Shown here: in pieces, positions 38,001 through 52,378 of the stretch
Layout: each line of letters begins with the position of its first letter
Numbering within the stretch: the first letter of the stretch is position 1
Assembly: GCF_036365525.1 (NCBI RefSeq)
Contig: NC_090381.1
Location: 115,940,644 to 116,004,643, forward strand
Direction: 5' to 3'
Length of the DNA stretch: 64,000 bases
From: Heterodontus francisci
Taxonomy: Eukaryota
Notes under the pieces: generated by a model
The model's database searches: none
What the model saw: only the letters and a program-made list of their open reading frames with translations
What the model was told of the DNA's origin: nothing
Position numbers and translations under genes: made by a program

Positions 38001-41000
38001 TCACCCTTGGTTTTGTCCTTGTGTGTTGAGCTCTGTTATTGTTAGCAAAATTCTGAGTTATTCTTGTTGCCCCTCTACCAGAGTACATTGTGTACAGCAA
38101 ATTAACTCATTATTTCCTACAAAGGATATTCCACATGGATTTTTTGTTCTTTAATTGAATATTGGTTTTGTTTTAGCATTATTCAGTGTTTGTTTTGTTC
38201 TGCTTAAATTCATGTTCTGCATAATGAATGCTGTCCAACCCAAAAGTGCACTACAGGCTTTGCTTATCTATAATTTGGATCCGTTCCTTTCCCGCACTTA
38301 GCTTAAACAAATCATAATCTTGTCCTCTGTACTAATAGTTATTCTTCGGTTTCTGTCCTATTTATATACAGCTTATGGTTTATTTATCAATAAAATTTAC
38401 TCCTAAGGAAACCATTATTACATATAAATGAATACCAATTAGTTTACTCCAACTCGGCAGTCAATCTTTTGAACTGAGGGTTCTACTCATGAATGTACTA
38501 CCCCAGAAATTCCACAAATCACGTAGCTTTAAAGGTTTTGATCTTCAATTTCCAGAAGATGTATGTTCGTGCCGGCTCAGGCAAGTTGAACCAAATGGGA
38601 TGTTTCTTTGCTGTCGACCAATGTAATTCTCTATCAAATATGTCTACGTTCATTTTCCCAGACCACCATCCTTTCCCTCTTTATTTATTGTATTCCATTG
38701 CACACAACCGCGCTGTGGTGGCGTAGTGGCAATGTCACTGGGCTAATGATCCAAAGCTATGGGCTCGAATCCCGTCATAATGGATGGTGAAATTTGAGTT
38801 CAATTAATAAAGCTGGAATTAAAAGTAAGTCTAATGACGATTGTGAAACCATGGTTGATTGTTGCAAAAAGCCACTTGGTTCACGAATGTCATTTAGGGA
38901 AGGAAATCCGTTGTCCTTACCTGTGCATGACTCTCTGTGGTTGACTCTTAAACGGCTGAATAAGCCACTCAGTTCAAGGGCAATTAGGGATGGGCACGAA
39001 ATGCTGGCATTTCACCATGTGACATGATGGAATTCGAGCCCATGCCCCCCGGAGCATCAGCCTGGGCTTTGAATTATTAGTCCAGTAACATTACGCCACC
39101 ACCGCCCCTCATCCCACAACTGAATACAGAAACTGTTGCTGAATCCTGCACTAAAGAAACATATCCCGACGGTTTTTATGTTATCCTTGCATAAAATAAA
39201 CTCTATCTAAACTTCAATGTATCATCCTTTATCAATATAATGCATTCTGTGCGCATCATTCCTGCCCTTGTTTTACTATGTTACTTAGACTCCTTAATTC
39301 CTACTTTCTTTTACTATGGGTTTAATCCAGAGGCCGTTAACATTGTTTATTAAAACTGATATGAAATTAACAATATTAAATTTTTATTTGGTTAACATTC
39401 TCACACTGAAGGAACATTGATGGGGAGTTTTCAGCGAACAAGTTAACTTCATGGTGCCGTTCTAGGTCCTGGCTGTGTGTCCGAATTATTGCCTATTTAC
39501 CTTTTTAGGATGCATCTTGGGATATTTCCCTCCAATAAATGCGCAAGTTGTTATAAATGTAAAAAGCTGTGTTTTATCGGATTTCTCGGGATGATTTTAG
39601 GTTTTTAAACTTGTACGATTTCGAGCATTGTTCCTTTAAATTTAGTTGGAAGGTGGGAAAAGATTAAACCGATTTTAGGAGGAATTAATACATTCCGACT
39701 TTAATGATTTCCTCACCCAACATGTGTTAGCGGTGAATATTATTCTATTATTATATTATGGAGAAGATTTTATAAAGATCAGTATCAGAAAGGTGTACTA
39801 GCAGAGATAGTCAGGTCAATATGCATACAGATAAGACATGCAAAGACCAGTACAATAAAATCAAGCTCGAGGAACAGCACCTCATTTACCAATTAGTTAC
39901 GCTACAGCCTGCCGGACTGAACATTGAGTTCAATAATTTCAGAGCATGACGGGCCCCCCTTTTTATGTTTAGTTATTTTTTCTTTTTTTCTTTTTTCTTT
40001 TTATTTGGTTATTTTATTTTAGTTTTTTTAGTCTGCTCTGTTTGTTTCTACTGTGTCTACCCACTGTTCTTGTTTTTTTTTTTGTAATGTTTGTGCTTGG
40101 AGTGCTTTGTGTTTTACAGTCAATTCACCCCCTCTCTGAACTAACGTTTTCTCTTTCAATACACCATTAACATACCGTTTGCCTTTGTTTGGCTGGTCTC
40201 AAGCAAGTGTTACAGACCCACGTAAATATAAGACGCGCTTTACGAGCTGTAGAGGTCATTATGCTCTGTTGTGTGGTAACATTGAAACGCTATTAAAATA
40301 AGGTTTGTAGAACTTAATTCAGTTAGGAAGAAAGTGATAGAATGTGAGGTGAAATTTACCTCCCGAAACCATAATTGATAATTCGCTTTAGGAATAAGAG
40401 TGGAAAGAATTCAGGCGAGCGTCCGGTTGGAGTAGTCACATGACCATTCGAAGTGTCAGCTTCGGCCGACAAAGAGGAATATTTAGGAGCAGAAAATTAA
40501 CATTGCAGTTTGTTTCTGGCGTGTATTCCAAGCATTAAATTAATTTTGACAAGCTACAGGGCTATGCACAAAATAGGATGAAATTGTTTCCAAAGGAACA
40601 ACAGCGCGTGTTCCACATTGGAAATATGGAATGCAAAGGTCAAAGGGGAATGTCAGATGGAGAATATGCAGCATCGAGTCATAGAGTTTTACAGCACAGA
40701 AACAGGCCCTTCGGACCATCGCGTCTGTGCCGGCCATCAAGCACCTATCTATTCTAATCCCATTTTCCGGCACTTTGGGTGAGGAAATCATTAAAGTTCG
40801 GAGTGTATTAAAAAGTAATTCTTCCTAAAATCGGTTTATTTTTTCCCACCTTCCAATTAAGTATAAAGGAACAATGTTCGAAATCATACAACTTTAAAAA
40901 CCTAAAATCATCCCAAGAAATGCGATAAAACACAGCTTTTTACATTTATAACAATTTGCATTTACATAGCGTATTTATTGTAGGAAAATATCCCATACGC

Positions 41001-42022
41001 AGCCTTGTATGTATGGGGTTTCAAGTGCACATCTAAATACTTCTTAAATGTTGTGAGGGTTCCTGCCTCTACCACCCCTTCAGGCAGTGCGTTCCAGATT
41101 CCAACCACCCTCTGGGTGAAAAATGTTTCCCTCAAATCCCCTCTAAACCTCCTGCCCCTTAGCTTAAATCTATGTCCCCGATTATTCATCCCTCCGTTAA
41201 GGGAAAAAACTAATCGTTGTTGTTGACCTATTTCCCAAATACAATAATAGAAATATCCACATCCTGGTTTGTTTTCTGTTCACTGATACAACGCCACAAA
41301 TCAAGCGAAAGAGTAAAACCTTAGTTTTATTTCATCTATTTTAATGAATTATACATCAGTATCGCTATATTTTCATACCATTTCTCTCAGTAATAATGCA
41401 AATGCTGAAATGCACCATCGAGCTACTGGCAACTCATGTTTCTCGGAAGGGAAGCGCAACCTCTCATCGGAAACTTCTATAGCAAAGAAACTCATTTAAC
41501 TGCAACAACCAAAGCAGAATGGAGAAACGGAACTGATGATGAACACTCTAACAGCTATTGAAGTAGTGTAGCAAATCGAAGATGGAGACGCTGTATGGAA
41601 TAGGAGAGATTGAAGCAATTAACTGTTAGGAATGTGGGTTGCTAGCTTTTCGGTAATTTTTCCAGCACCTTTGACTTACATAGAGTACTGCTTTGCCGAT
41701 AATTGGAACCATTTTTTTCAGCTGCATTTATTAACAGTAATCAAAAATATCTAAACGTTGCCAACTGAAGAACATTCAAAACCTTACTGCAAATGTTTGT
41801 TGGTCTGGTTTTTCATTTATACAAACTGAAGAACATTTGAAACTTTTTTCTACCTTTTAAATGTGCCTTTAATCGTAACAATCTTATCTGAAACACTGCT
41901 AGGAAAATGAAACGTTAACGTTGTTTCTGTAAAGGGTAAAACTGCGAAAATGCTTCAACATGTCCAGCTCTTTCTCCTCATGTCGTTTGAGGCTTCTTAG
42001 TTTCCCAGACTCGCCTGATGTC

Positions 42023-42930
42023 TTACGTTTGCACATTTTTACCGATCAGGTGTTTTTTGGTGTTCTTTTCTGGTTTGAACAAGATGATATAACATTTTGG
42101 AGCAAAGATGCAGCTCAGCAGTCCAAAGCTCGATGCTAAAATTGCAAATATTTCCACTACGTCAGTGTATTTTCCGGGAGTACTCACATAGGCTGGAATA
42201 AAAGTTACCCAAACTACAAAAAAGATGAGCATGCTGAAGGTTATAAATTTTGCTTCATTGAACTTGTCTGGTAACGCTCGGGCCAAGAAAGCTAAAATTA
42301 AACAAGTGCAAGCTAAGAGACCGATGTAACCGAACACACAGCAGAAAGCGACAGTGGAACCTACATCACACTCAAGGATAATCTTCGCGCTTTGATATTT
42401 GATATTTTTAGCTGGGAGTGGGTGAGATGTCACCAACCAGATCCCACAAATTATAATTTGAATCAATGTACAGAGAAAGACAATGGATCTTTGTTGTTTG
42501 GGTCCAAACCATTTCATCACATTACTGGCCGGCAGGGTTGTTTTAAATGCCATCAGGACTACCAGAGTTTTACTAAGAATACAGGAAGTGCTGAGAGCAA
42601 AGCTAACTCCAAACACGGTGTGACGGACCATACATGACCATGGTGTTGGCTGTCCAATGAATGCAATGGAGCACAGAAAGCACAGTATTAATGAGATTAA
42701 TAGAAGGAAACTTAGTTCCGAGTTATTTGCCCTTACAATGGGAGTGTTTATGAAATGTAAGAAAACAGCCGCCACAGCTCCCGTGATACAAGCTCCAAAC
42801 AGTGAAATTGTCATGAGCGTGACTCCCATGCTGTCTTGAAAGGAGGGAAACTCAATTTCTTTAAGAATGCATTGATTTCTTGGATCATTGGGCCAGTAAT
42901 CTGTAGGGCATTTAATGCATTCTATCGAAT
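42023..42930 (-). CDS. V2R copy C exon 6 (7TM domain to stop)
   Basis: 908 nt; TAA at 42023..42025. Confidence 0.95.
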
Positions 42931-45900
42931 CTGTACAGAAAGAAAGGTACAAATAATAGTTCAAGTGCCCATTTTTACATTTTTTTTAAATTGACGAAAG
43001 CTGCTGACATGGTAAGTCCAAAATATAGCGTGCTGTTAAATATTCCCTCGTACGTGTTTACTGCTGAATTATTGGCGAAAGTGCTCATTCTTGCCTACCT
43101 GTTTGGTTACTGACCTCCCCATCAGCGCATGGGAAACAATCAAAGCAGCAAACAGGCTGGCCCTTACGGACGGCTCTTCTTGTACCTGCAAAACAACTAT
43201 CACTACACGTTGAGACAGGAACCTGTGGAGACAAAGGGATAGATTTTAACCTCCTCAGAACCCATCCACTTGTCTAGAGTAAAAGCCCGGCCCTCTCAGG
43301 AAGTCTTATTAAAATTTATCGTGTAGTGAAATCGTAACTCGTTGATTCATTGATAAATGTACCTTTGCTATTTGAGAACATTTCGTCACTTCTTTCTACT
43401 TGTGTAACTTGATTGCATTTCAATATAAGTCGGTTTGCCAAATGTAACTAAGACGCAAACTATTTGACCTCTGATATTTTGCACATCAACAACATATTGC
43501 TAACTAGGAACCCAGATTTTAAAACACCTTCATCGCGATCAATGGAAGTTCAGCATAAATGAGTTGCGGAACATACACTTAACAGGAGAACAGGACTTGT
43601 GTGTAACCCGTCCAATAAAACATACAACGGAGACACACAGTATTTCGGGGGCTAACGTCATTCATTGTCAGTTATTCCATAACAATCAACGGGAATAAGA
43701 AAATGAAATGCATAGTGTCAAAGTTGTTACTAAATTGTCACCATACATATTGCAGAGCAAGTGATTAATCGAATTCTTTGGCTAAATTCTCAATGTTCAT
43801 CAAGTTAATGTTAATTACCAAAAATAGGAAAGCGGAAGATAAGGAAAGGCCATTGAAGCTCAATCATCTAGCGCATTAACTCTCCTACTGTGGAATCGAT
43901 GTGTAATTTTGAATGTGCAGGCTTGGAGGGCCGAATGGCCTGTTGCTGTGCTGTACTGTTCTTTGTTCTTTGTTCTTGATCCTGATGATTTGGCCTCTCC
44001 TATATTGCCTTGTCAATTAAACCAAATACTCCTTATTTTTGGTTAAATAAGTCTTCCTGTTTCAGATTTGCATTTCAGTAAATTCCATTAATCCCCTCCG
44101 ACCCTACTTTCCTGGTGTACTTTGACCTAAACATTGTAGTTTACCTTCCCGTGCTATTCATTTTTGTTATGTCTTCACCAGCCCCTTACTTTCGATAAAC
44201 ATAACAAATGATAGATGAATATAAATTGGATAGCTATCTGCAATTATTGTAATTGTTAAACCAGATTCCACTTGGATATTGATCATTCATATATTTCGAG
44301 AATTTGTTCTTAAGATGTGAATGAACTGGTAAGACATCCTTGTTTACGTCAGAACATTAAAAGCCAACCTGACAGCATGGGAATGGAGTTATGTGTCGGT
44401 CTCGAGAGAGTAAGCAAGGAGATTCCCCTCCCTGAAAGTGATGAATGATCCTGTTTGAATTTTTACAACAATCCAGCAACTGTTCTCCTGCTGCCATCCC
44501 ACCAATTGAATTCAGTTTCATAACTTGTCATGGAGAAGGATTTGAACACATCACCACTGGGTTAGTGGTCCAAAGCCAAAACGACTGCACTGTCGTGCCC
44601 TCTTTTTGATGTGAAATGAAATGGCAGGTTTACACATAGGGGTAATATTGTTTATTTGAATATCCATCAAATCAATGAAACCCTGATGATAATCAAAACG
44701 TGAAATGGTCAAAACAGTATAGAATAGACATTAAAACAGAGATAAAAACAAGAAATGCTGGAACCACTCAGCAGGTCTGGCAGCATCTGTGGAAAGAGAA
44801 GTAGAGTTAACGTTTCGGGTCAGTGCCCCTTCATCGGAACTGACAAATATTAGAAAAGTCACAGGTTATAAGCAAGTGAGGTGGGGGTGGGGCAAGAGAT
44901 AACAAAGGAGATCTAGATTGGACCAGGCCACATAGCTGACCAAAAGGTCACGGAGCAAAGGCAAACAATATGTTAATGGTGTGTTGAAAGACAAACCATT
45001 AGTACAGATTAGCTGTTAATACACTGAATATTGAACAGCAGCAAGTGCAAACCTGAGAAAAAAACAGTGGGTAAGCAAACTGAACAAACTAAGATGAATG
45101 AACTAAATGCAAAAAAAAAGTTGTAAAAAATGTAAAATAAGAATGTAAAAAAAAAGGAAGAAAAAAATAAACTAAAAATGAAACTAAAATGGGGGGCTGT
45201 CATGCTCTGAAATTATTGAACTCAATGTTCAGTCCGGCAGGCTGTAGTGTGCCTAATCGGTAGATGAGATGCTGTTCCTCGAGCTTGCGTTGATGTTCAC
45301 TGGAACATAAAGGAACATCTACCGATTAGGCACACTGGTCAATTAGGTCAATCATCTGAGCTCCAGGACATCAGGGCAGGAGTTCCACAGGGTAGTGTCC
45401 TAGGCCCAACCATCTTCAGCTGCTTCATCAATGACCTTCCTTCAATCATAATGTCAGAAGTTGGGATGTTCGCTGATGATTTCACAATGTTCAGCACCAT
45501 TCGCGACTCCTCAAATACTGAAGCAGTCCGTGTAGAAATGCAGCAAGATCTGGACAATATCCAGGCTTGGACTGATAAGTGACAAGTAACATTTGCACCA
45601 CACAAGTGCCAGCCAATGACCATGTCCAACAAGAGAGAATCTAACTATCTCCCCTTGACATTCAACGGCATTACCATCGCTGAATCACCCACTATCCGAC
45701 ATCCTAGGGGCTACCGTTGACCAGAAACTGAACTGGAGTAGCCATATAAATACCATGGCTACAAGAGCAGGTCAGAGGCTTGCGCCGAGTAACTCACCTC
45801 CTGACTCCCCAAAGCCTGTCCACCATCTACAAGGCACAAGTCAGAAGTGTGATGGAATACTCTCCACTTGTCTGGATGGGTGCAGCTTCAACAACACTCG

Positions 45901-48900
45901 AGAAGCTCGACACCATCCAGAACATAGCAGCCCACTTGATTGGCACACCATGCACGACCATTCACTCCCTCCACCACTGATGCACAGTGGCAGCAGTATG
46001 TACCATCTGCAAGATACACTGCAGCAATGTACCAAGGCTCCTGAGACAGCACCTTCCAAACCCGCGACCTCTACCACCTCGAAGGACAAGAGCAGCAGAT
46101 GCATTGGACAATCACCAACTGCAGGTTCCCGTCCAAGTCACACACCATCCTGACTTGGAACTATATCGCCATTCCTTCACTTGTCGCTGGGTCAAAATCC
46201 TGGAACTCCCTTCCTAAAAGCACTACCTCACATGGACTGCAGAGGTTCAAAAAGTCAACTCACCACCAACTTCTCAAGGGCAATTGGGGATGGGCAATAA
46301 ATGCTGGCCTAGCCAGTGATACCCACATCCCATGAATGAATAAAACAAATTGAACAGACGCTTGCAGATGTTTTCCAGATTAGTTTTGAATTTATCAACC
46401 GCCCACCGCCCCCCCCCCCACGACCATTCTCCCATCCCCCGTCACCCCCCATCACCACCAACACCCACTGCCCAACCACCATCCTACTCCCCCCCCCCCC
46501 CCCCCACCCCGCCCCCCACCTCGCTCTCTTCTTGCGAAGGCCATGTCCTCTCGTTCTACTACTGAAATTCCTCTGCAAGTCCTAAACATCACACATTCAA
46601 AAGTATTCCCAAAAGCAGTTACTGAACAGCAGAATTGCTCGGGTCCCTGCCTGTAGGAACCTTATGTAATGTCATCAATAGTAATTGTTCAAATCAACGC
46701 GGTTGCGGCATGATTTAAGACAGAGGCTTGAGTCACCCCTCCTGGTCTTTGGTATATTGGGCATAGCCTTACTTTCTTTTCCAGCCCTGTTCCATGCCAA
46801 ATTATTTCACTTTCATCCAACGCGAGTTCTTCTCCTGCCGGCAACGCTGCATCATAATAACCAACTTTAACAAACTCAACCGACCCATCAGGGCGCCTCT
46901 GCCAGTTTATCAGATCATAGGAAGCGATGGGATCTCCGTCCTGATCAAAACTTATTTCCTCTCCAAACTGGTTGGTGAAACGCACTTTCCTCAGGTACTG
47001 TAAAAGCTTCAGAAAAGGGAAAACAATTATATCTTTTGCCACTTTGAGTATATTTCATATTGTCTGCGACGCGATCATGCCTCACAAGCCTTATTGAATT
47101 CTTTGAAGATGTGACAAAACACATTGATGAAGGAAGAGCAGTGGATGTGGTGTATATGGAATTTAGCAAGGCGTTTGATAAGGTTCCCCATGGTAGGCTC
47201 ATTCAGAAAGTAAGGAGGCATGGGATTCAGGGAAAGTTGGCTGGCTGGATACAAAATTGGCTGGCCCATAGAAGTCAGAGGGTGGTAGTAGATGGAAAGT
47301 ATTCAGCATGGAGCTCGGTGACCAGTGGTGTTCCACACGGATCTGTTCTGGGACCTCTGCTCTTTGTGATTTTTATAAATGACTTGGATGAGGAAGTGGA
47401 AGGCTGGGTTAGCAAGTTTGCCGATGACACAAAGGTTGCTGGAGTTGTGGATAGTGTGGAAGGCTGTTGTAGGTTGCAACGGGACATTGACAGGATGCAG
47501 AACTGGGCTGAGAAGTGACAGATGGAGTTCAACCTGGAAAAGTGTGAAGTGATTCATTTTGCAAGGTCGAATGTGAATGGAGAATACAGGCTTAAAGACA
47601 GGATTCTTGGCAGTGTGGAGGAACAGAGGGATCTTGGGGTCCATGTCCATAGATCGCTCAAAGTTGCCACAAAAGTTGATAGGGTTGTTAGGAAGGCGTA
47701 TGGTGTGTTGGTTTTCATTAACAGGGGGATTGAGTTTAAGAGCCGCGAGGTTATGCTGCAGCTCTATAAGGCCCTGGTTCGACCACACTTGGAATATTGT
47801 GTTCAGTTCTGGTCGCCTCATTATAGGAAGGATGTGGAAGCTTTAGAGAGGGTGCAGAGGAGATTTACCAGGATGCTGCCTGGACTGGAGGGCATGTCCT
47901 ACGAAGAAAGATTGAGGGAGCTAGGGCTTTTCTCATTGGAGCGAAGAAGGATGAGAGGTGACTTGATAGAGGGGTACAAGATGATGAGAGGCATAGATAG
48001 AGTGGATAGCCAGAGACTTTTTCCCAGGGTGGAAAGGACTATCACCAGGGGGCATAATTTTAAGGTGATTGGAGGAAGGTTTCGGGGAGATGTCAGAGGT
48101 AGGTTATTTACACAGAGAGTGATGGGTGCGTGGAATGCGCTGCCAGCGGTGGTAGTAGAAGCAGATACATTAGGGGCATTTAAGCGACTCTTGGATAGGT
48201 ACATGGATGATAGTAGAATGAAGGGTAGGTAGTTAGTTTGATCTTAGAGTAGGTTAATAGGTTCGGCACAACATCGTGGGCCGAAGGGCCTGTACTGTGC
48301 TGTACTGTTCTATGTTCTAGGTTCTATGTACCTATACTAAGACATTGGAACCGGACCCCTGCAATATTATGTGTACTCTTGCCGGCGTGTCGAGAGAAAA
48401 ACAAATTATTTTGTTTATGGGATAAATAGTAGCTTGAGACATTTCCTCACCTGCTGGGGTTGAATGTTTGACTTTTGACCACATGTTTTGTTGCTAAATG
48501 GACCTTTCCCATTTTCACACGATTGTAAATTATGAAGGGCGTGTGCTCCAGCGTATACAGCTTTGTACACGTTGTAGGAAACTCTTAACTGGGACACCTC
48601 GGTATATGTAGACTCAATGGTCTCCAGGCTCTCTAAACCTGTGCATGGTCTATAAGGAGACGCTGATATGTTTTCTCCTGGTATCTGATTTGAGATTTTT
48701 ACGCTACAGCCGAAGACCTCCCGCCAGAGTTCTTCCACAAACGGATCGTCTGCTGCTGTGGAAGGGTGGAGTTTGACTAGAAACTCTCTCAGTCCTGGAA
48801 TTTCCGCTCTCCTGATTCCAAACCCGATTGTGCCTGACAATATTTCCAGAGTTTCCACTGACCACATTTGGAATGATGTGACCCAGGCTTCACTCGCGAT

Positions 48901-51900
48901 CAGCTGGATGTCAGTAATGTTCTGCATTCTGAATTCTGTTATCAAAGACATCGTGTCACTCTCTCCACAGAATATTATGATCACTTTTGCAGAGGATTTT
49001 TTAATGGTCTTTGCAATCTGTCGCATTCTTTCTCTTGTACGACCAGGTGAAAGGAATTCAATGTAGGCGATGCAAATTTCAAACTTCGCAATTTCTTCAA
49101 TTAAAGACCTCATCCCGAATCGGCCATAATCGTTGTCTTCAGCCACAGCGCCGATCCAAGTCCATTCAAAGTAGCGGATAAGCCGGACTAAAGCTTTCAT
49201 CTGAACTGTATCAGTGGGAATTGTCCTGAAAAACGTTGGGAACTCACGCTTATCGCTGAGGCATGCGCATGAAGAGAAATAGCTGACCTATGGGGAAAGG
49301 AGAATAAACTGAGACATTTAGAATCATGCAATGATCGTATCATGCAAAACAAAAAACACAATATGCCCATTGTATCTGTGTTGGCTCTTTAGCCAATTGG
49401 TCTCACAGCCTTTTCCCCATAGCCCAGTATTTATTTCCCCTTTTCAACTATTTATCCAATACCCTTTTGAAAGTTACTACTGAATCTGCTTCCACCGCTA
49501 TTTTAGGCAGCACATTCCAATTTATAACAAATCAAGATCAAGCTTTCTCTTCATCTCCCATCTGCTTCTTTTAACAATTACCTTGCATCTTTGCGCTCTG
49601 CTTTTCCAGCCCCACTGCTCATGGAAACAGTTCAAAGTAACAGTACACACCTACTTTAACTCGCCCTTGTAAGCGTTTGCTGCATATGAATTGACATATC
49701 TTACCATACCAATGCCGAAAGGGGCCACGACTCTCGACACGACGATAGATTGCGATGATCCACCATCTCCCACAATCATGGACACTGATGGAACTCCTGC
49801 ACACGTGTAATTTGAAACGCTTCCGTCTTTCTCCTTCAGTAATTTGAAAGCTCCTTTCAGCCCTTCAGAAGGCGCGTCACAGCTGTCGAAAATCTTATAA
49901 CCCAGAGTTATGTCAGGAAGCAATTCTGGGTTCCTGTTTATTTCTTCTATTGCAAACACCATGGTTTGGGCCCAACGCAGCCCACGTTGGCTGAACCTGT
50001 CACACACATGCCATTAATCTTATTTCCAGACAGTGTCATTCCTTCCATTCTTTGCAACATTCAGAAAAACTTGAAAAATTTACTTTTTCATTAGAACAAT
50101 GAAAATTACAGGACAATATAATGGAAGTTTTTAAAATGAAAGGAAATGGAACTGGGTAGACAGCAGCAGTTTCCAGTCGTTGGGGCGTCTCGAATGATGG
50201 CCCACAGATGCAAGATTTAAAATAAGAAATTTAGAACAAAGGGAAGAAATTTCGTCAAACGGAGTGTTGTGAAGCTATGGCTTTCACTTCCAGAATTAGG
50301 TAGATAAAAGAAAAAGAGATATGGGAAGCTGAAGGCTAAATGTCATTAGAATTATTTGCTGCATTGGAGGCTAAATGTCGGCATGGACTGGTTCACTCCG
50401 AGTTACTCACTTGTCATAACTGGCATTTTAACTGCCAAGAGAGGGCTGTGCATATCACCGAAAAAGACTTCTCAGGGCATCTGCGAGGAAGAAGGTGTCA
50501 CACCGCTTTCGATTTGCTTATGGTACCGTTGACATACACCATTGTACTTGGCCTCAGCACCAAACCGCAGTTCATTCTAACGATTTTTGGAAGAAAGTTC
50601 ATCGACCTGAAACGATAACTCTGTTCCTCTCTCCGTAGATGCTGCCTGATCTGCTGGCTGTTTCCAACAGGTTTTTTTTTGTTGTTGTTTTTATTACAGT
50701 CGGTTAGGAGAAGGTCTTTCATAAGGTCACAATTTCGGGAAAAATTCCAATACCATTTCTGCAAATAGGCGTTTGTATTGTTGGAAACAGGCGCAAAGTA
50801 ACTGGATTATTGTTCATCATGGTGCTGTACCTATATCTTTTGCTGAAATAGGAAATTGTCTGGACAAATGAGATGCTTTTCTCGGTGTGTAAAATTTATA
50901 CTTTGACATTTTTTCTCCACTATTTTCGATAATATTACACTGACCTCTGCTGGGTTTGTGCATTGAGGCCATTTGGTAGCAGTCCATCACAAAACTTCAC
51001 CTGCTTGTTTGCAACAATACAAACTCCTTTTTGCAGAAATTATGTGAGATTTTCTTCCTGAAATTGTGACTTTTTAGATCATCTCCTAACCGAACTATAA
51101 TAGACTGTAATAAAAATAAAACCTGCTGGAAATCCATTCCTGGAGTCTTCTCATTTTACCGCAGACTGATGAATGTCTCCACTTTCTTGACCCCAACTAC
51201 CCATTGGGGTAATCAAGCTGATGAATACCCTTGTATAACGAAATGTTTTCTGGAGTCTACTCCAACCTTACATTTCGAAACCATCAATCTCTGTCTTCCC
51301 GTCCTGCTGCCGTGACAGCTGGAGATTCGCGGTATTAAACCTATTCGACTGATCTCCAGACCTGTTTTCTGTTATTGCACAAACAATCACAGGATCTTGC
51401 ACAAAATCAAGCTATTCGGCCCATCATGACTGTGTGAGCCCTTTCAAATACCTATCCAAATAATCCCACCCCACCATAGCCCTGCAAATGTCCACTGTTC
51501 AAATATCTGGATCCAATTCACTCTAGAAAGTTATTGTTGAATCTGTTTCCCGCAGCAGATTGCAGATCAAAAAAACACGCTGCGGAAAACAATTCGCCTC
51601 ATCTCCCCGGTCCTTTTGCCAATTATGTTAAAGTTGTGCACTCTGCTTACCGAACCACCCTCCGATGGAAACAGTTTAAAATGATTGCATCAGGTACCCT
51701 CTACCTCGTCTAAGTATGTGTTTATCGCAATCAATTGACACATTTTACCATACCAATGCAAAAAGGGGCCACCACTCTGGAGGCTGAGATAGATTGCGAG
51801 GATCCACTATCTCCCACATATCATGCATATCTATTTCCATTTAATTTATCAACAGCCCTCATGATGTTACGTACCTCTCTCAAATCTCGCCTTCGCCTTC

Positions 51901-52378
51901 TCTGCCCTCGGGCGACCACCCTAATTACTTTGGTGTCATGGCATTACCCACTCAATAAATAAATGAGTCAAGAAAGGAAGCCGCGGGAAGGGGAACAAAG
52001 AGGGAGAGAGCATGAAAGCACAGAAGAAAATAAACGAAAAGACAACAACCAACCAAAGAATAAAGAAGAACTTGTGATATTGACAATAAATGATGTTTAG
52101 GATAGGCTCCATCCCAGACCCGAGTATTTTCAAATAGAAATATCAATGATGATTGTCACTCACTCCACAAAGCGCACCGGTTGCGGTTTTGATCGGAATG
52201 AGTTATAATCCGGCGCTGCTCTTAAATGCATTGGGAATAAACCACCCAGGATAACGTCCCCATCCTGAAATATTCCAGGGTTGAATTTTTCCCGGAGTTT
52301 GCATGTCGGATCGACTGCGGATGCCAGCATCTGGATTGGGATCAGTAACAAAACGTTCCAAGTGGAACCAAGTGGCAT
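42023..52378 (-). CDS. V2R/OlfC-family class C GPCR, copy C (complete, 869 aa)
   Basis: join(complement) 52164..52378, 49705..49996, 48451..49287, 46773..47006, 43099..43222, 42023..42930. Same splice sites as B and an open frame. Confidence 0.94.
43099..43222 (-). CDS. V2R copy C exon 5
   Basis: 124 nt, Cys-rich. Confidence 0.93.
46773..47006 (-). CDS. V2R copy C exon 4
   Basis: 234 nt, AG/GT flanks. Confidence 0.88.
47075..48329 (+). mobile_element. CR1 LINE, copy C
   Basis: Same element; stop at 47516. Confidence 0.95.
48451..49287 (-). CDS. V2R copy C exon 3
   Basis: 837 nt, AG/GT flanks. Confidence 0.93.
49705..49996 (-). CDS. V2R copy C exon 2
   Basis: 292 nt; LPDITLG variant. Confidence 0.92.
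52164..52378 (-). CDS. V2R copy C exon 1
   Basis: 215 nt; PVRFVE as in A. Confidence 0.9.
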
